A stretch of 64,000 bases of DNA from the NCBI GenBank assembly GCA_041484665.1, contig JBGPIA010000021.1:1-64000 (forward strand). Reading direction: 5' to 3'. Position numbers and translations under genes: made by a program. Positions 1 to 10,203 of this stretch are shown piece after piece. Position 1 is the stretch's first letter, and each line of letters starts with the position of its first letter. The DNA comes from Candidatus Krumholzibacteriia bacterium (lineage in GTDB: Bacteria > Krumholzibacteriota > Krumholzibacteriia > JAJRXK01). The notes under the pieces were generated by a model. It worked only from the letters and a program-made list of their open reading frames with translations. It did no database searches and was not told the origin of the DNA.

Positions 1-451
<451 letters not shown>

Positions 452-555
452 ACTTCCTCAGCGCCCTCGCGCTGGGAAGCGCTCCCAAGGCGCCTGTTGC
501 TTACCCGAATGCGGTTGTCAAAGAACGGACCTGGTCGTACGGGCCAGACGAGGCT

Positions 556-673
<118 letters not shown>

Positions 674-683
674 TACATTTGGA

Positions 684-722
684 GCGCCCCGCCTGCGAGC
701 CGCAGGCGGGGCGCGTTCGTTC
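684..722 (+). terminator. Intrinsic terminator of rRNA operon
   Basis: Perfect 14-bp stem GCGCCCCGCCTGCG-AGC-CGCAGGCGGGGCGC followed by T-containing tract GTTCGTTCT just after 5S. Confidence 0.75.
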
Positions 723-800
723 TGTGGCTGCCGCACCAAGGGGGCTCCGCGCTCCACGGCGGGGGACGCGGCTTGAGGGCCAGCTCACTCGCCACCCGGC

Positions 801-1243
801 TCACCCGACGCTCGGCTCGCCCTTCGCCTCGACGTAAGGTGCCACGCGCTCGCGGATGGTGGCCGGGATCTCCTGGACGCGCAGCGATCCCCGCCCACAA
901 AGGCATGGGCCACGGAGCCTGCGGCGCTCGGGAGCGCCCGGGGCGCGGCGGCGGGGCGCAGCTCGAACTGCCACGTCCACGAATGGCGGCCCAGCTGGCT
1001 GATCCAGGCCCCGATCTCGATTTCGTCGCCGTGATGCAGCGGCGCGCGGAACGCCGCCTTTGCGGAGACGATCGGCACGCCGATGCGACCCTGGTCGAAG
1101 CGCTCCTGGAACGGTACCCCGAGCGCGTCGTGGAAGAAGCTCTCGTAGGCCAGATGCAGGTAGTGGAAGATCCGCAGGTAGTACACGAGCCCGGCGTGAT
1201 CGACGTCGCCGAAGGGGACGCGCATGCGGAAGCGGTGGCGCAC
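801..1243 (-). CDS. Acyl-CoA thioesterase (4HBT/YbgC hot-dog family), apparent 1-nt frameshift near 891-897
   Basis: RVPFGDVDHAGLVYY motif and ...AAFRAPLHHGDEIEI; the natural C-terminus GSLRVQEIPATIRERVAPYVE lies in a shifted frame ending at TGA 801; start uncertain. Confidence 0.8.
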
Positions 1244-1651
1244 GATGGCTCCGCAGGGACTGGCGGGGGCATCTCTGGCTCGGGCCGCCGTTGATCGCGC
1301 TGCGAGCCGCCCGACAGCCATCGGCAAGGGTCGCGGCGCGCGCCGCGCGTGTGGTGCCCGGTCGAAGCGTGGCCGACCAGGTTTGCCGGCGCCGCGCAAG
1401 CTAGAGCGGCGGACGGCGATGCAGCTGGCGTGGGGGACGCGGACTTGCCGGGCGATCCGACCGGCGAGCCAGGCAGCTTCTGGACGTGGGGCCATGGCCG
1501 CGAGCGCTCCGCTGTGTTAGGTTGCGCGCACCACGGTGATCGAGCCTGCACGGCGGGGCCGCAGGATGGGGCCGCCATGGCGCGACCCTCGCGTGCGCGA
1601 GGCAGCCGGCGGAGTCGCAACCCCCTGCGACCGCCCCACGATCACCAGCTC

Positions 1652-4600
1652 ATGCCGCAGCCCGCTGGGTTCGTCGTTCGTGCCATACGCGCAGCTCACG
1701 CCGTGCGCGCCTCCCGGCGATTCGTCTGGCTGACCGTTGTGCTTGCCGTGCTGGCGCTCTTGGCGCCGCGCGCGGGCCAGGGCACGCTCGCGCAGCCGAC
1801 TGCGGGGACGCCTTCAGGCGCCGCCCCGGCCCTGCGCCCGGCGGACCCGCACGCGGCAGCAGGAGCCACCGCCCCCGCCCCGCGGGCGGCGGACATGCAC
1901 TCGGGACAGGTCTACGTGCGACTTGAAAGCTTTGCGCTCGCCGCGACCACCGGCGCGCAAACGCAGGCCGCCACGCCGGGCGCCGAGGCTCCCGCGCGCT
2001 CCCTGCAGCAGTGGGAGGCTCTGGCCACGAGCTGCGGGCCGCTGGAGCTGTCGGGGCGCCTCGCCCGACAGGGGCTCGCGCTCGTGCCCATCCTGCCCCG
2101 CGGTGCGGCGGCCATCGCGGTGGCGCGCGGGCAATCGGCCGCGCGCGGTCGCTTCGCGCGTGCCCGCACGGCGGCGAGCTTCACACCGCTGCAGGCCGAC
2201 GCGGCCCAGGGTGTGCCCGCTGCGGTCGAGCGCCTGCTGCGCTGGCGTGCGGTCCGGCCGCTCTCCTCGAGGGCGGCGAGGGCGGGGCTGCCCAACGTCG
2301 ATGCGCTGGTGTCGTGGCTGCGTACGGTGCGCGGCATCGAGGCGGCCGAGCCGGGCTATCTGACGGCGGTCTGCGCGGTGCCCGGCGACCCGTGGGTCGG
2401 CTCACAGCCGTACCTGGGGCTGGTGGACGCCTTCAGCGCCTATGACCGCGTGCGCGGCGCCGATGGAGACGTGGTGGTGGCCATCGTCGATGGCGGGACC
2501 GACTGGCACCACGAGGACCTGTGGGCCAACGTCTGGGACCGCCCCGGGGAGATCGACGGCAACGGCGTCGATGACGATGGCAACGGGTACGTCGACGACG
2601 TCCACGGCTGGAACTTCGCCGACAACACGCCCGACCCGACGGGGCTGCCGCAGACGCCCGCCAGCGCCCGGCACGGCACGCACATCGCAGGGCTGATCGG
2701 CGCGATCAGCGGCAACGGGATCGGCGTCGCCGGCATGTCGTGGAACGCGCGCCTGCTGCTGGTGAACGCGGCGTTCCCGGACGGCGATGGCCTGCTGGCC
2801 TACGGTTATGATGGCCTCGTGTACGGCGCCCTCAGCGGCGCTGCGATCCTCAATGCGAGCTGGGGGCGCGGCGTCCCCCAGCGGTGGTCTCAATACGAGG
2901 CCGACGTGGTCGCGGCCGTCACCGCCATGGGCTCGCTGGTCGTGGCCGCCGCGGGGAACGACGGCACCTCCGAGCCATTCTATCCGGCGTTCTACCCGGG
3001 GGCGCTCTCGGTGACGGCGGTCGATCCCAACCTGCAGCTGATGACCTTCACCAACCACGCGCCCTGGATCGACGTGGCGGCCCCCGGCCTCAGCCTCTTC
3101 TCCACGCTGCCAGGCAACACCTACGGGTCGTTGACGGGGACCTCGCAGGCGGCAGCGATCGTCAGCGGCGCGGCCGCGCTCGTGGCCACGCTGCGCCCCG
3201 ATCTGGGACCGCTGCAGATCGGCGAGCGCCTGCGCTGGACGGCTCGCCCGCTGGACGATCTCAACCCCGGCGCGCACGGGGAGCTGGGCAGCGGCATCAT
3301 CCAGGCCGGCGCGGCGCTCGAGCAAGATCCGCCCGGGATCATCGCCGACCGGATCGTCTTGAGCGACGACGACGGCGATGGGTTGGTGGAACCGGGCGAC
3401 CTGCTCACCGTCGGCGTCGACCTCCACAACGAGCTCGCGGCGGCGGAAAACGTCACGCTGACCCTGGCTACCGCTGACCCGGCCCTCGTGCTGCTGGAGC
3501 AATCGGTGCACCTCAACCGCGTGCTCTCGGGGGAGGCGCTGCAGGTACGCCGCGGGCTGCGTGTCTGGATTCGCCCGGAGGCGGCGGTCCCCGGCGCCCT
3601 GGCGACCCTGCGTCTGCTCATCGACGCCGGAGGCCGCCAGACCCACACCGCCTTCTACCCCGAAATCCACCCGCTGCACGCCACGCTGCGCTCGCAGCGG
3701 GTCGATCTGACGGTGACCTGCACGGGCAAGATCGGCTACAGCGCGCTGACGCGTGCCATCGATCCCGGTGGCGAGGGGTTGCACGCGCCTGGCGCACCAT
3801 CGCGCCTGCTGCTCGGCTCGCTGCTCGTGGGGGATGGACCGCAGCGCGTCGCCGACGCTCTGATCCCCCCCGCGCCCGACGATCCATTCGAGGACTTCTA
3901 TCCGCAGGCTCAGGAAGCCCTCGTGCGGGAAACCGGCCCCGGAGCGCAGGAGACGATCGTCGCGAACTACTCCGACCGCGCCTCCACCATGCCGCTGGAC
4001 GTCACGGTCCGACAGGTCTCCCGCGCCTTCGGCGACGACGCACGCGGCGGCTTCGTGCTGTGTCGCTACGAGGTCTCGGCCGCGCGCGACGCGCGGCCGG
4101 GCGTGCGCCTGGGCGTCCTGCTCGACTGGGAGATGCGGCCTGACCCCAGCGGGGTCGACCAGGCCTTCCTCGACCCGCAGCGCCGGCTGGCCTGGGCCGT
4201 TGACGCCACCGGCGACGCGCGTGCCGGCGCGGCCGCCGGGGTGCTCGTGCTGGAGGGTCCGGGGAGCTTCACCGGCGGCTGGTTATACGATGAGCCGGTG
4301 GAGGGAACCACGGGCCCCACTCTGTTCGGCCCGCCGCCATTCTACGCGTCGATCGACGACGCCGCGCTGTGGGAGATGATGCTGCGGCCTCCGATCACGC
4401 AGCCGAGCCCGCTCGGCGAGGTTGCGAGCGTCGTCGCCATGGGCCCAGTCGACCTGCTGCCCGGCCATGCAGCGGTGCTCTCGCTGGCGTTCCTGGTGGC
4501 GCCCGACGCCTTGACCCTGCTGCGCGAGGCCGAGGCGGCGCGGGTGCAGTACGCGGCCTTTCAGGCTGGCTTCTCCGAGGGCATGCCGATGCGGCCCGAG

Positions 4601-4867
4601 CTGCTCCCCAACGGGCCAAATCCCTTCAACCCGACGACGGAGCTGCGCTTCACGTTGCCGGCGGCCGCAGCCGTGCGGCTGCGCCTGTTCGACACGCGCG
4701 GCCGGCTGGTGGCCGTTCCCCTTGACGCCACGCTGCCGGCCGGGTTCTATCGCATCCCATGGTCCGGGATCGACGTACGGGGGGCAGCAGTGGGCAGCGG
4801 CATCTATCATGTCGTCCTGGAGACGCCATGGGGCACCCGCAGCGGCGCCTTGACGCTCTTGCGCTAG
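1652..4867 (+). CDS. Secreted S8 (subtilisin-like) serine peptidase with C-terminal FlgD-Ig/T9SS-sorting-like domain
   Basis: Triad motifs VAIVDGG, HGTHIAG, GTSQAA, oxyanion AAGND; Ca-binding EIDGNGVDDDGNGYVDD; tail PNPFNPTTELRF...DTRGRLV...W.G.D..G..VGSGIY; signal-like hydrophobic stretch after ATG 1652. Confidence 0.92.
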   Translation: MPQPAGFVVRAIRAAHAVRASRRFVWLTVVLAVLALLAPRAGQGTLAQPTAGTPSGAAPALRPADPHAAAGATAPAPRAADMHSGQVYVRLESFALAATTGAQTQAATPGAEAPARSLQQWEALATSCGPLELSGRLARQGLALVPILPRGAAAIAVARGQSAARGRFARARTAASFTPLQADAAQGVPAAVERLLRWRAVRPLSSRAARAGLPNVDALVSWLRTVRGIEAAEPGYLTAVCAVPGDPWVGSQPYLGLVDAFSAYDRVRGADGDVVVAIVDGGTDWHHEDLWANVWDRPGEIDGNGVDDDGNGYVDDVHGWNFADNTPDPTGLPQTPASARHGTHIAGLIGAISGNGIGVAGMSWNARLLLVNAAFPDGDGLLAYGYDGLVYGALSGAAILNASWGRGVPQRWSQYEADVVAAVTAMGSLVVAAAGNDGTSEPFYPAFYPGALSVTAVDPNLQLMTFTNHAPWIDVAAPGLSLFSTLPGNTYGSLTGTSQAAAIVSGAAALVATLRPDLGPLQIGERLRWTARPLDDLNPGAHGELGSGIIQAGAALEQDPPGIIADRIVLSDDDGDGLVEPGDLLTVGVDLHNELAAAENVTLTLATADPALVLLEQSVHLNRVLSGEALQVRRGLRVWIRPEAAVPGALATLRLLIDAGGRQTHTAFYPEIHPLHATLRSQRVDLTVTCTGKIGYSALTRAIDPGGEGLHAPGAPSRLLLGSLLVGDGPQRVADALIPPAPDDPFEDFYPQAQEALVRETGPGAQETIVANYSDRASTMPLDVTVRQVSRAFGDDARGGFVLCRYEVSAARDARPGVRLGVLLDWEMRPDPSGVDQAFLDPQRRLAWAVDATGDARAGAAAGVLVLEGPGSFTGGWLYDEPVEGTTGPTLFGPPPFYASIDDAALWEMMLRPPITQPSPLGEVASVVAMGPVDLLPGHAAVLSLAFLVAPDALTLLREAEAARVQYAAFQAGFSEGMPMRPELLPNGPNPFNPTTELRFTLPAAAAVRLRLFDTRGRLVAVPLDATLPAGFYRIPWSGIDVRGAAVGSGIYHVVLETPWGTRSGALTLLR

Positions 4868-4895
4868 CGCCTGCGCCGCGCTGCCGCTTCCAATC

Positions 4896-6728
4896 ATGAC
4901 CGGCCTGCCTCCCTACTCGTCCTTGCCACCCGCTGCCGCTTCCGGGCCGGGCACGCCACCCGATCCGGGCGCGCGCCGTCGTCGCCGCGGCTCGGTGCTT
5001 CCGCTCATCCTGCTCCTCGTTCTGCTCTGCATCCCGATTGTCCTCGCGGTCGTGCTCCTGCTGGGCCAGGCAGCGCCGGCCGTCGGCGAGGGGACCTGGC
5101 TACGCGTCGTGCTGGGGAGCCCGTTTCCCGAGGCGCGTCCGGAAGGGGTCGGCTGGCGCGCCGCGCTGCAGGCCGATGTGCTCAGCGCGCAGGACCTCGC
5201 CATCGCGTTGCGCCGGGCGGTGGACGATCGCCGCGTCTGCGGCGTGCTGGTTTGCCCCGATGGCTTCGATGGTGGCTGGGCGCAGGCCCAGGAGATCGTC
5301 GGGCAACTGCAGGCCGTCCGCGACGCAGGCAAGCCCGTGTGGGCCTACGTCCAGTCTCCCAGCCCCGCAGGGTACTACATCGCCTCCTGCGCCGAGCGCA
5401 TCGCGCTGCCGCCGGAGGGAGGGCTGTACATCCTCGGGCTGGAGGCGCGCCTCACGCACCTCAAGGGCACGCTCGACAAGCTGGGGATCCAGGCGGACTT
5501 CGTGGCCGTGGGGGAGTACAAGTCGGCCCCGGAGCAGCTCACCCGCGACAGCGCCAGCGATCCCAGTCGCCAGCAGGTCTCCGAGTATCTCGACGACGTC
5601 TACGAGGCCTGGCTGCAGAGCATGGCGCAGGGGCGCGGCCTCTCGCTGGATCGCATGGAGGAGCTGGTGGACCGGGGCTACTTCGACGCGCACACCGCAC
5701 TGGCGGAGGGCCTGGTGGACACGCTGCTGGACGAGACGCAGCTGTGGGAGCATCTGCAGCCCGACCGCGACGAGCCCCGCCTCGTGGAGCCCCTCGACTA
5801 CGTGCGCTCTCCCTCGCGAGCGCCGGCGCTCGACCGCCGCGGCCGGCTTGCGCTGATCTACGCCACGGGCGAGGTCGGGCTGGGCGACAGCGGTGAAGGC
5901 GGCCTCTCAGGCAACGTCATGGGCAGTGACACCATTGTCAAGCGGCTGCGGCGCGCGGCCGACGACGACCGGGTGAAGGCGGTGGTGCTGCGCGTCGACT
6001 CGCCGGGCGGCTCCGCGCTGGCTTCCGACATCATCTGGCAGGAGATCCAACGACTGCAGGAGCGCAAGCCGATGGTGGTCTCCATGGGCGATCTGGCGGC
6101 CAGCGGGGGTTACTACATCTCGATGTCGGCCGACCAGATCCTCGCCGATCCGCTGACGTTGACCGGATCGATCGGGGTGTTCCTGGGCAAGATGGACGTG
6201 GCCGGGCTCTACAAGAAGATCGGCGTCTCGGTCGAGGTGTTGCGCCGCGGCGAGAATGCTGGCGCGTTCAGCGAGCTCGCGCCCTTCACGCCCAAGCAGC
6301 GCGAGGACCTCCAGCACAACCTCGCGGACTTCTACCAGCGCTTCCTCCAGAAGGTGGCCCAGGGGCGCTCCCTGGAGGTGGAGAAGGTCGACGAAGTCGC
6401 GCGCGGCCGCGTCTGGTCGGGCGAGCGCGCGCTGGAGGCCGGCCTGGTGGATTCCCTGGGCACGCTGCGCGACGCGCTGCGGGTGGCCAAGCAGCTGGCG
6501 GGGCTGCCGCCCGACGCGCGTGTGCCGGTGGACACCTATCAGGAGCAGCCCGGCGTCTTCGAGCGGGCGGTGGCGAACTTCCTGCGCAACGCCTCGGCCT
6601 GGACGCGGGCCGAGGACGCGGTGCTTCCCGTCGAGTTGCGCGCGACGCTGCAGCGGTTGCGGGGACTGGCGCTGGCTATGGATGGCTCGCCGCAGTTCCG
6701 GCTGCCATGGACTCTGCGGATCGAGTGA
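4896..6728 (+). CDS. sppA: Signal peptide peptidase SppA (protease IV, 67K type, S49)
   Basis: N-terminal TM helix, GEYKSAPE (Lys), LRVDSPGGS, AASGGYY (Ser), TGSIGV, GRVWSG. Confidence 0.95.
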   Translation: MTGLPPYSSLPPAAASGPGTPPDPGARRRRRGSVLPLILLLVLLCIPIVLAVVLLLGQAAPAVGEGTWLRVVLGSPFPEARPEGVGWRAALQADVLSAQDLAIALRRAVDDRRVCGVLVCPDGFDGGWAQAQEIVGQLQAVRDAGKPVWAYVQSPSPAGYYIASCAERIALPPEGGLYILGLEARLTHLKGTLDKLGIQADFVAVGEYKSAPEQLTRDSASDPSRQQVSEYLDDVYEAWLQSMAQGRGLSLDRMEELVDRGYFDAHTALAEGLVDTLLDETQLWEHLQPDRDEPRLVEPLDYVRSPSRAPALDRRGRLALIYATGEVGLGDSGEGGLSGNVMGSDTIVKRLRRAADDDRVKAVVLRVDSPGGSALASDIIWQEIQRLQERKPMVVSMGDLAASGGYYISMSADQILADPLTLTGSIGVFLGKMDVAGLYKKIGVSVEVLRRGENAGAFSELAPFTPKQREDLQHNLADFYQRFLQKVAQGRSLEVEKVDEVARGRVWSGERALEAGLVDSLGTLRDALRVAKQLAGLPPDARVPVDTYQEQPGVFERAVANFLRNASAWTRAEDAVLPVELRATLQRLRGLALAMDGSPQFRLPWTLRIE

Positions 6729-7719
6729 GCGGCGCCGGCCCGGCCGGCCGCACGTAGAACGAGAGATCGCAGTCGTTGGGCAGCGCCCACAGCCAGCGCG
6801 CTACCCGCCGCTCGTCGGCGTGGATGCTGTCGCTCGTCACTGCGACGCCGTTCATGATGTGTGCGCGGTCACGGGAGTGCCCCCACAGCCCCAGCACATG
6901 CCCCAGCTCGTGCAGATAGGCGCGGCGTACGTAGCGCTCCGCGCCGACGACGTAGCGCGGGCTGACGTGGACGCGCATGGCCAGGGGATGTCCCCACTCG
7001 TCCTCGCGCTCCAGCTGCGTGAACGCCAGCTGCGCCTCGGGCGCAACGGTCGTGCGCACCTGTGCGTCGGCGCCGGTGGGCACCGCCTGCAGGCGCGGCT
7101 CTCCCAACGCCAGATTCCACGCCGCGATCGCCTGTTCGCAGGCCTGGGCGTAGCGCACGGTGAAGGTATCCGGGGGCAGCGCCACGCGCAGCTGCGCCGG
7201 CGGCCACCGCCGGATCGTCGCGCCGCCGAAGGGCCGCACCAACTCGACGAGCAGATCGAAGGCCTCGGCGTACACGCCGTCCGCCAGGGCGACGCGGGGC
7301 AGGAGCCCGACGCTCAGCTGTGGAGGAGGGGGTCCGACGAAGGTCGCGCGCATGGGATAGCACCCGGTGCCGCCCGCCTCCACACGCAGCGTCGCGCCGC
7401 GCGGTGGTGGGTACGGCAGCCATGCACTCCAGCCCTGCTGCGGGCCGAGCCAAGCGACCGCACGGCCGTAGGTCACCTGCGTGCCGGCGGCCGCGCGCTG
7501 CGGATCCACGACCAGCGCGCTGAGCTCCCACAGTGCGGCTTGCGGGGACAGCGGCGCCGGCCGCGGTTGCCGCCAGGGTGCGGCCTCCTGGGCGGTGGGG
7601 CCCGCCGTCGTGCGCGCCGCATCGCAGCCGTGCAGCAGCATCGCCACGGCGGCGGCGGCGGCCAGGGCCAAGGCGTGGTACGCGAGGGCGCGTGCGCGAG
7701 CCATGACCGTGGCGCGCAT
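6676..7719 (-). CDS. Putative lipoprotein with C-terminal matrixin-like (metzincin) Zn-protease domain
   Basis: Lipobox-like LLHGC; HELGHVLGLWGHS plus downstream Met-turn (HIM); start 7704-7719 uncertain; overlaps sppA 3' end convergently. Confidence 0.75.
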   Translation of the reverse strand: MRATVMARARALAYHALALAAAAAVAMLLHGCDAARTTAGPTAQEAAPWRQPRPAPLSPQAALWELSALVVDPQRAAAGTQVTYGRAVAWLGPQQGWSAWLPYPPPRGATLRVEAGGTGCYPMRATFVGPPPPQLSVGLLPRVALADGVYAEAFDLLVELVRPFGGATIRRWPPAQLRVALPPDTFTVRYAQACEQAIAAWNLALGEPRLQAVPTGADAQVRTTVAPEAQLAFTQLEREDEWGHPLAMRVHVSPRYVVGAERYVRRAYLHELGHVLGLWGHSRDRAHIMNGVAVTSDSIHADERRVARWLWALPNDCDLSFYVRPAGPAPLTRSAESMAAGTAASHP

Positions 7720-7955
7720 GCAGGGAATCTGCCGCGCGCATCGGCACGCGCGCATCTGCTGCCTGTGCCGGAGCTTGGCCAGAGGCTGCGGCGCCACGGC
7801 GCGCCGCACGCGACCCCGGGCGTGGACAGTCGCCGTCCCCGCTGCCGTGCAGCGGAACGCGGGCGGGCGGGCGCGTGGCACGACGCGCAAGGGCGAGCTC
7901 GTGGGCGGGGGTGCCCGCGCAGCACGGCAGGCCGCAGCGAGGGGGGCGCGGCGCG

Positions 7956-7983
7956 TTGACTTCCCCCGGTGCTTTGTTAGATT
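7956..7983 (+). promoter_or_regulatory. Sigma70-type promoter for thiGHS
   Basis: TTGACT - 16 nt - TAGATT with TG extended -10 in otherwise very GC-rich DNA. Confidence 0.65.
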
Positions 7984-8073
7984 GCACCTGCGCCCTGGGG
8001 GTTTGCACCGGGCGGGCAGCTGTCACAGGCTGCCACCCTCCCGCGCTCGATCCGCCGAGGCCCCCGTCCTGCC

Positions 8074-8862
8074 ATGCACGAAACCGACGCGCTCATCATT
8101 GCCGGCCGCACCTTCGCCAGCCGCCTGATCCTGGGCACCGGCAAGTTCCCTTCGGGACTGGCCATGAAGGCGGCCATCGAGGCCAGCGGGTGTGAAATCG
8201 TGACGGTGGCGCTGCGGCGCGTCGATCCATCGGCCCACGGCGACGACATCCTGGACTTCATCGACACCGAGCGCGTGCTGCTGTTACCCAACACCAGCGG
8301 CGCACAGACCGCGGCGGAAGCCCTGCGGCTGGCGCGCCTGGCGCGCGCCGCGGGCATGCCCAACTGGGTGAAGCTCGAGGTGACGCCCGACCTGCGTTAC
8401 CTGCTTCCCGATCCGGTGGAAACGCTGCGGGCGACTGAGCTGCTCGTGGCGGACGGATTCACGGTGCTCCCATACATGCCCGCCGACCCCGTCCTGGCCA
8501 AACGCCTGGAGGAAGCCGGCGCGGCCACGGTCATGCCGCTGGGCAGTCCCATCGGCAGCAGCCAGGGGTTGCAGACGGAGGCCGCGCTCTCGATCATCAT
8601 CGAGCAGGCGACAGTGCCGGTGATCGTGGACGCCGGGATCGGGGCCCCCAGCCACGCCGCGCGCGCGATGGAGATGGGTGCTGCGGCGGTGCTGGTGAAC
8701 ACGGCGATCGCCGTCAGCGGCGACCCGGCGCAGATGGCGGCCGCGTTCCGGGGCGCCGTCGAGGCGGGGCGGCGCGCTCACCGCGCCGGGCTTGTCCCCC
8801 GCCGTCAGCTGGCGCAGGCCAGCAGCCCGCTCACGGGGTTTCTCGAGGGGATGGGGTCGTGA
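8074..8862 (+). CDS. thiG: Thiazole synthase
   Basis: [24 protein letters not shown] (Schiff-base Lys), [29 protein letters not shown]. Confidence 0.97.
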   Translation: MHETDALIIAGRTFASRLILGTGKFPSGLAMKAAIEASGCEIVTVALRRVDPSAHGDDILDFIDTERVLLLPNTSGAQTAAEALRLARLARAAGMPNWVKLEVTPDLRYLLPDPVETLRATELLVADGFTVLPYMPADPVLAKRLEEAGAATVMPLGSPIGSSQGLQTEAALSIIIEQATVPVIVDAGIGAPSHAARAMEMGAAAVLVNTAIAVSGDPAQMAAAFRGAVEAGRRAHRAGLVPRRQLAQASSPLTGFLEGMGS

Positions 8863-9995
8863 CGTTCCAGGCAGTGCTCGAGGCGACCGATCTGGCGGCC
8901 TGGCGGCGGCGCGCGCTGGACGCGACGGCCGACCAGGTGGACGCGGCGCTGAGCGCGGCACCCGGCGCGCCGGCCTTGGAGCAATTGCTGGCGCGCTTCG
9001 CCGTTCTGATCGGGCCCTGCGCGAGCGAGCGCCTGGAGACGCTTGCCGCGCGCGCCCACGCCCTCACCGTGCACCGCTTCGGGCGAGTCCTGCAGCTGTA
9101 CGCTCCGCTGTACGTGAGCAACGAGTGCATCGACACCTGCACCTACTGCGGCTTCTCGCGGGAGAGCGGGATCCGGCGCATCACGCTCCCCGTGGAGCGG
9201 GCCGCCCGCGAGGCGGAGATCCTGCGCCGGGATGGATTCCGCCACGTCCTGCTCGTGAGCGGAGAACACCCACGCATCGTGTCCACCGGCTACCTCGTCA
9301 CGGTGGTGCGCCGGCTGCGACCGCTGTTCGCATCCATAGGGATCGAGGTCGCGCCGCAGTACGAGGACGGCTACCGCGAGCTGGTGGCCGCCGGGGTCGA
9401 CACGCTGGTGGTCTACCAGGAGACCTATGACCGCACGGCCTACGCGCGCTATCACCTGGCCGGCCGCAAGAAGAACTTCGACTGGCGTCTGGCCGCTCCC
9501 GAGCGCGCGGCCCGCGCCGGCGTGAAGCGCATCGGGATCGGAGCGCTGCTGGGTCTGGCCGATTGGCGCGCCGATGCGCTGGCCACCGTCCTGCACGCTG
9601 CCTGGCTGCAGCGTCACTGCTGGCGCAGCGTCATCACCGTCTCGGTGCCGCGGCTGCGCAAGGCTGCGGGCGCCATCGATGCGCCGTGCCCGGTGGCCGA
9701 TCGCGATCTGGCGCAGCTGGTCTGCGCGCTGCGCCTCTGTCTGCCCGATGTGGGACTGGTGCTCTCCACGCGCGAGGCAGCGCCGCTGCGCGACGGGCTC
9801 TTGCGCCTGGGCATTACCCAGTTATCGGCCGGCAGCCGGACCGAGCCGGGCGGATACGAGACTCCCGCCGAGGACTCCGAGCAGTTCGAGGTGGCCGACC
9901 AGCGCACGCCTGCCCAGGTCGCGGCGCGCCTGCGCCAGCTGGGCTACGATCCGGTGTGGAAGGACTGGGAGGCGACGCTCCATGGCTGCGCCTAG
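8859..9995 (+). CDS. thiH: 2-iminoacetate synthase (radical SAM tyrosine lyase)
   Basis: [18 protein letters not shown] (CxxxCxxC), [37 protein letters not shown] overlap with thiG. Confidence 0.95.
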   Translation: MTFQAVLEATDLAAWRRRALDATADQVDAALSAAPGAPALEQLLARFAVLIGPCASERLETLAARAHALTVHRFGRVLQLYAPLYVSNECIDTCTYCGFSRESGIRRITLPVERAAREAEILRRDGFRHVLLVSGEHPRIVSTGYLVTVVRRLRPLFASIGIEVAPQYEDGYRELVAAGVDTLVVYQETYDRTAYARYHLAGRKKNFDWRLAAPERAARAGVKRIGIGALLGLADWRADALATVLHAAWLQRHCWRSVITVSVPRLRKAAGAIDAPCPVADRDLAQLVCALRLCLPDVGLVLSTREAAPLRDGLLRLGITQLSAGSRTEPGGYETPAEDSEQFEVADQRTPAQVAARLRQLGYDPVWKDWEATLHGCA

Positions 9996-9999
9996 CGCC

Positions 10000-10203
10000 A
10001 TGATCCGCGTGCGCCTCAACGGCGAGGAGCGGGCGCTGCCCCCGGGTACGACGTTGCCGTCGCTCTTGGAGAGCCTTGGCCTGGACCGCCGCTTCCTGGT
10101 GATCGAGTACAACGGCGAGGCGCTCAGCCGCTCCCAGGTGGGAGCGGTGGTCCTGCATCCGGGGGATCGCCTGGAGTTGGTGCGCCCGGTGGCCGGCGGC
10201 TGA
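10000..10203 (+). CDS. thiS: Sulfur carrier protein ThiS
   Basis: MIRVRLNGE...EYNGE...GDRLELVRPVAGG, C-terminal GG, 67 aa, after thiH. Confidence 0.93.
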   Translation: MIRVRLNGEERALPPGTTLPSLLESLGLDRRFLVIEYNGEALSRSQVGAVVLHPGDRLELVRPVAGG

